Source of the DNA: Macrostomum hystrix
Taxonomy: Eukaryota; Animalia; Platyhelminthes
Direction: 5' to 3'
Assembly (NCBI GenBank): GCA_950097015.1
Contig: CATNEN010000003.1
Coordinates: 12,338,001-12,402,000 of the forward strand
DNA length: 64,000 bases
A program made the position numbers and the translations under genes. Position 1 is the first letter of the stretch. Each line of letters starts with the position of its first letter. Shown here piece by piece: positions 62,200 to 64,000 of the stretch. The notes under the pieces are model-generated. The model saw nothing but the letters and a program-made list of their open reading frames with translations. It searched no databases and was not told the DNA's origin.

Positions 62200-62532
62200 G
62201 TGGAGTGACAGAGGAGGCTGTGGAGTGACAGAGGAGGCTGTGGTGTAACAGCGGAGACTGTGGAGTGACAGAAGAGGGTGTGGAGTGACTGAGGAGGCTG
62301 TGGAGTGACTGTGGAGGCTGTGGAGTGACTGTGGAGGCTGCGGAGTGACAGAGGAGACTGTGGAGTGACAGAGGAGGCTGTGGAGTGACTGAGGAGGCTG
62401 CGGAGTGACTGAGGAGGCTGTGGAGTGACTGAGGAAGCTGTGGAGTGACAGAGGAGGCTGTGGAGTGACAGAGGAGGCTGTGGAGTGACTGAGGAGGCTG
62501 TGGAGTGACAGAGGAAGCTGTGGAGTGACAGA
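62200..62532. repeat. 20-bp minisatellite GGAGTGACAGAGGAGGCTGT
   Basis: Direct tandem array. Confidence 0.96.
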
Positions 62533-63139
62533 GTGATTGAGTGATATCTAAAAGGTGGTACGAGTACAAGAATCTCAAATCTCATAATGTCAAATATACT
62601 CGTAGATTGTAATATATTGTACTGTTATTGAAGTAACAAGAACCAAGAAAATTCTTTAAAAAGTATTAACAAACAGATAATAAATCTTTACTGGCAATGT
62701 CTACTTAGTCGCTAATGTATTGGAAAATTGATTAATATTAATTTAATAGCCAGTGGAAGAGCGTATTGTCATTGAAATTAGCCAATAATGTAAATCTTTT
62801 GCCAGAATTTTTCCAGTCTAGAATTCCCTATCCACTTTAGCTTTCAAGTAGCATTGCTGATGGAGAAGTAGGCGCTTGTATAGCGGTGAATACTGTTTTA
62901 AGACTGTGTATTCTGGGATCTACAAATTTAACTGGGAGTTGTAGTGAGTGTGGGGAAATTGGACACGATAGTCTTTAGATAACAATTCCCATCCCAATTC
63001 TCTGCTTCGCTAAAAAAAATTTCCTACCGAAAATGATTTACACTAAAATGCGGCTAATTTACCGTCAACTTTATAAAATGCTCAAATTACTTCTTTATAT
63101 ACCTAATAGAATAGATCGAGAAAAGGTAGAGAGATAACG

Positions 63140-63410
63140 ATAGAGAGAGAAGAGGGCAGAGAGAGAAGAGGGCAGAGAGAGAAGAGGGTAGAGAGAGAAG
63201 AGGGTAGAGAGAAGAGGGCAGAGAGAGAAGAGGGCAGAGAGAGAAGAGGGCAGAGAGAGAAGAGGGTAGAGAGAAGAGGGCAGGGAGAGAAGAGGGCAGG
63301 GAGAGAAGAGGGTAGAGAGAGAAGAGGGCAGAGAGAGAAGAGGGTAGAGAGAAGAGGGCAGAGAGAGAAGAGGGCAGAGAGAGAAGAGGGTAGTGAGAAA
63401 AGAGGGCAGA
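63140..63410. repeat. 16-bp purine minisatellite AGAGAGAGAAGAGGG(C/T)
   Basis: Direct tandem array. Confidence 0.95.
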
Positions 63411-63807
63411 GGTAGGTTCGCTACGACAATTTTTCTAGCTATATTTTTTAGCTGCAAATAGTTTTATTTTGAGCTGTGGATGATTTTAAAATTGTAAAAA
63501 ATGACGAAAAATTTTTTTTGGAAATCATAGCGATGTACTTTTAAACTTTGGCTCTAAACAAGTCATTCAGGGCAAAACTCACTGTCGGCCAGCACTGAAC
63601 AGTTCAGGGAGTGAAAATAGCTAAACAAAAAATCGAACGATTTGCAGCTCAATTTGATCGTGACTCTCCACTATTTTCAGAACAATCAGTTTCCACTCTG
63701 GCGTTCGTTTTTCTATTACAGATTGAGCTAAGCCAAATCTTTTAACTGCTGACGAAACCTTATTTGGGTCATTGCGTGCAAAGAGAAAGAGATTGCATAC
63801 AAGCGAA

Positions 63808-64000
63808 GGAAAGATGGGATGGGATTCGAGGGGAAGATGGGATGGGATTTGAGGGGAAGATGGGATGGGATTCGAGGGGAAGATGGGATGGGATTTTAGG
63901 GGAAGATGGGATGGGATTTCCGGGGAAGAGGGGATGGGATTCGAGGGGAAGAGGGGATGGGATTCGAGGGGAAGATGGGATGGGATTTCCGGGGAAGAGG
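63808..64000. repeat. 24-bp minisatellite GGAAGATGGGATGGGATTCGAGGG, running off the window end
   Basis: Direct tandem array. Confidence 0.95.

Overview
Repeat-rich animal genomic DNA with GT-AG introns, tRNA-derived SINEs and a different minisatellite in nearly every long intron. The style resembles a Macrostomum-like flatworm (inference only). Most long ORFs in the supplied track are artefacts of tandem arrays. Host genes assembled by hand: the last exon of a PDZ-domain gene (1237-1415), a 13-exon SLC5 sodium/solute symporter (15486-24481), three complete and one truncated GT31 beta-1,3-glycosyltransferase copies (26.5-43.5 kb), centractin/ARP1 (48384-55508, minus) and a tandem-C2-domain gene (57504-59924). 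Mobile DNA: a deleted mariner with nested insertions, a decayed Crypton-type tyrosine-recombinase element next to an IS630/Tc1 element with DD30E spacing, hAT-type MITEs (one expanded into a 3.3-kb satellite), three SINE families, a THAP relic and a possible solo LTR. The most unusual signals are three. (i) Two copies of a Crypton-associated terminal module carry their imperfect hairpins in opposite (flip versus flop) orientation inside same-orientation flanks. (ii) The Crypton-containing block lies at the centre of a large inverted duplication that copied the glycosyltransferase gene. (iii) The near-identical GT31 paralogs differ densely at one short loop just before the KWY motif.
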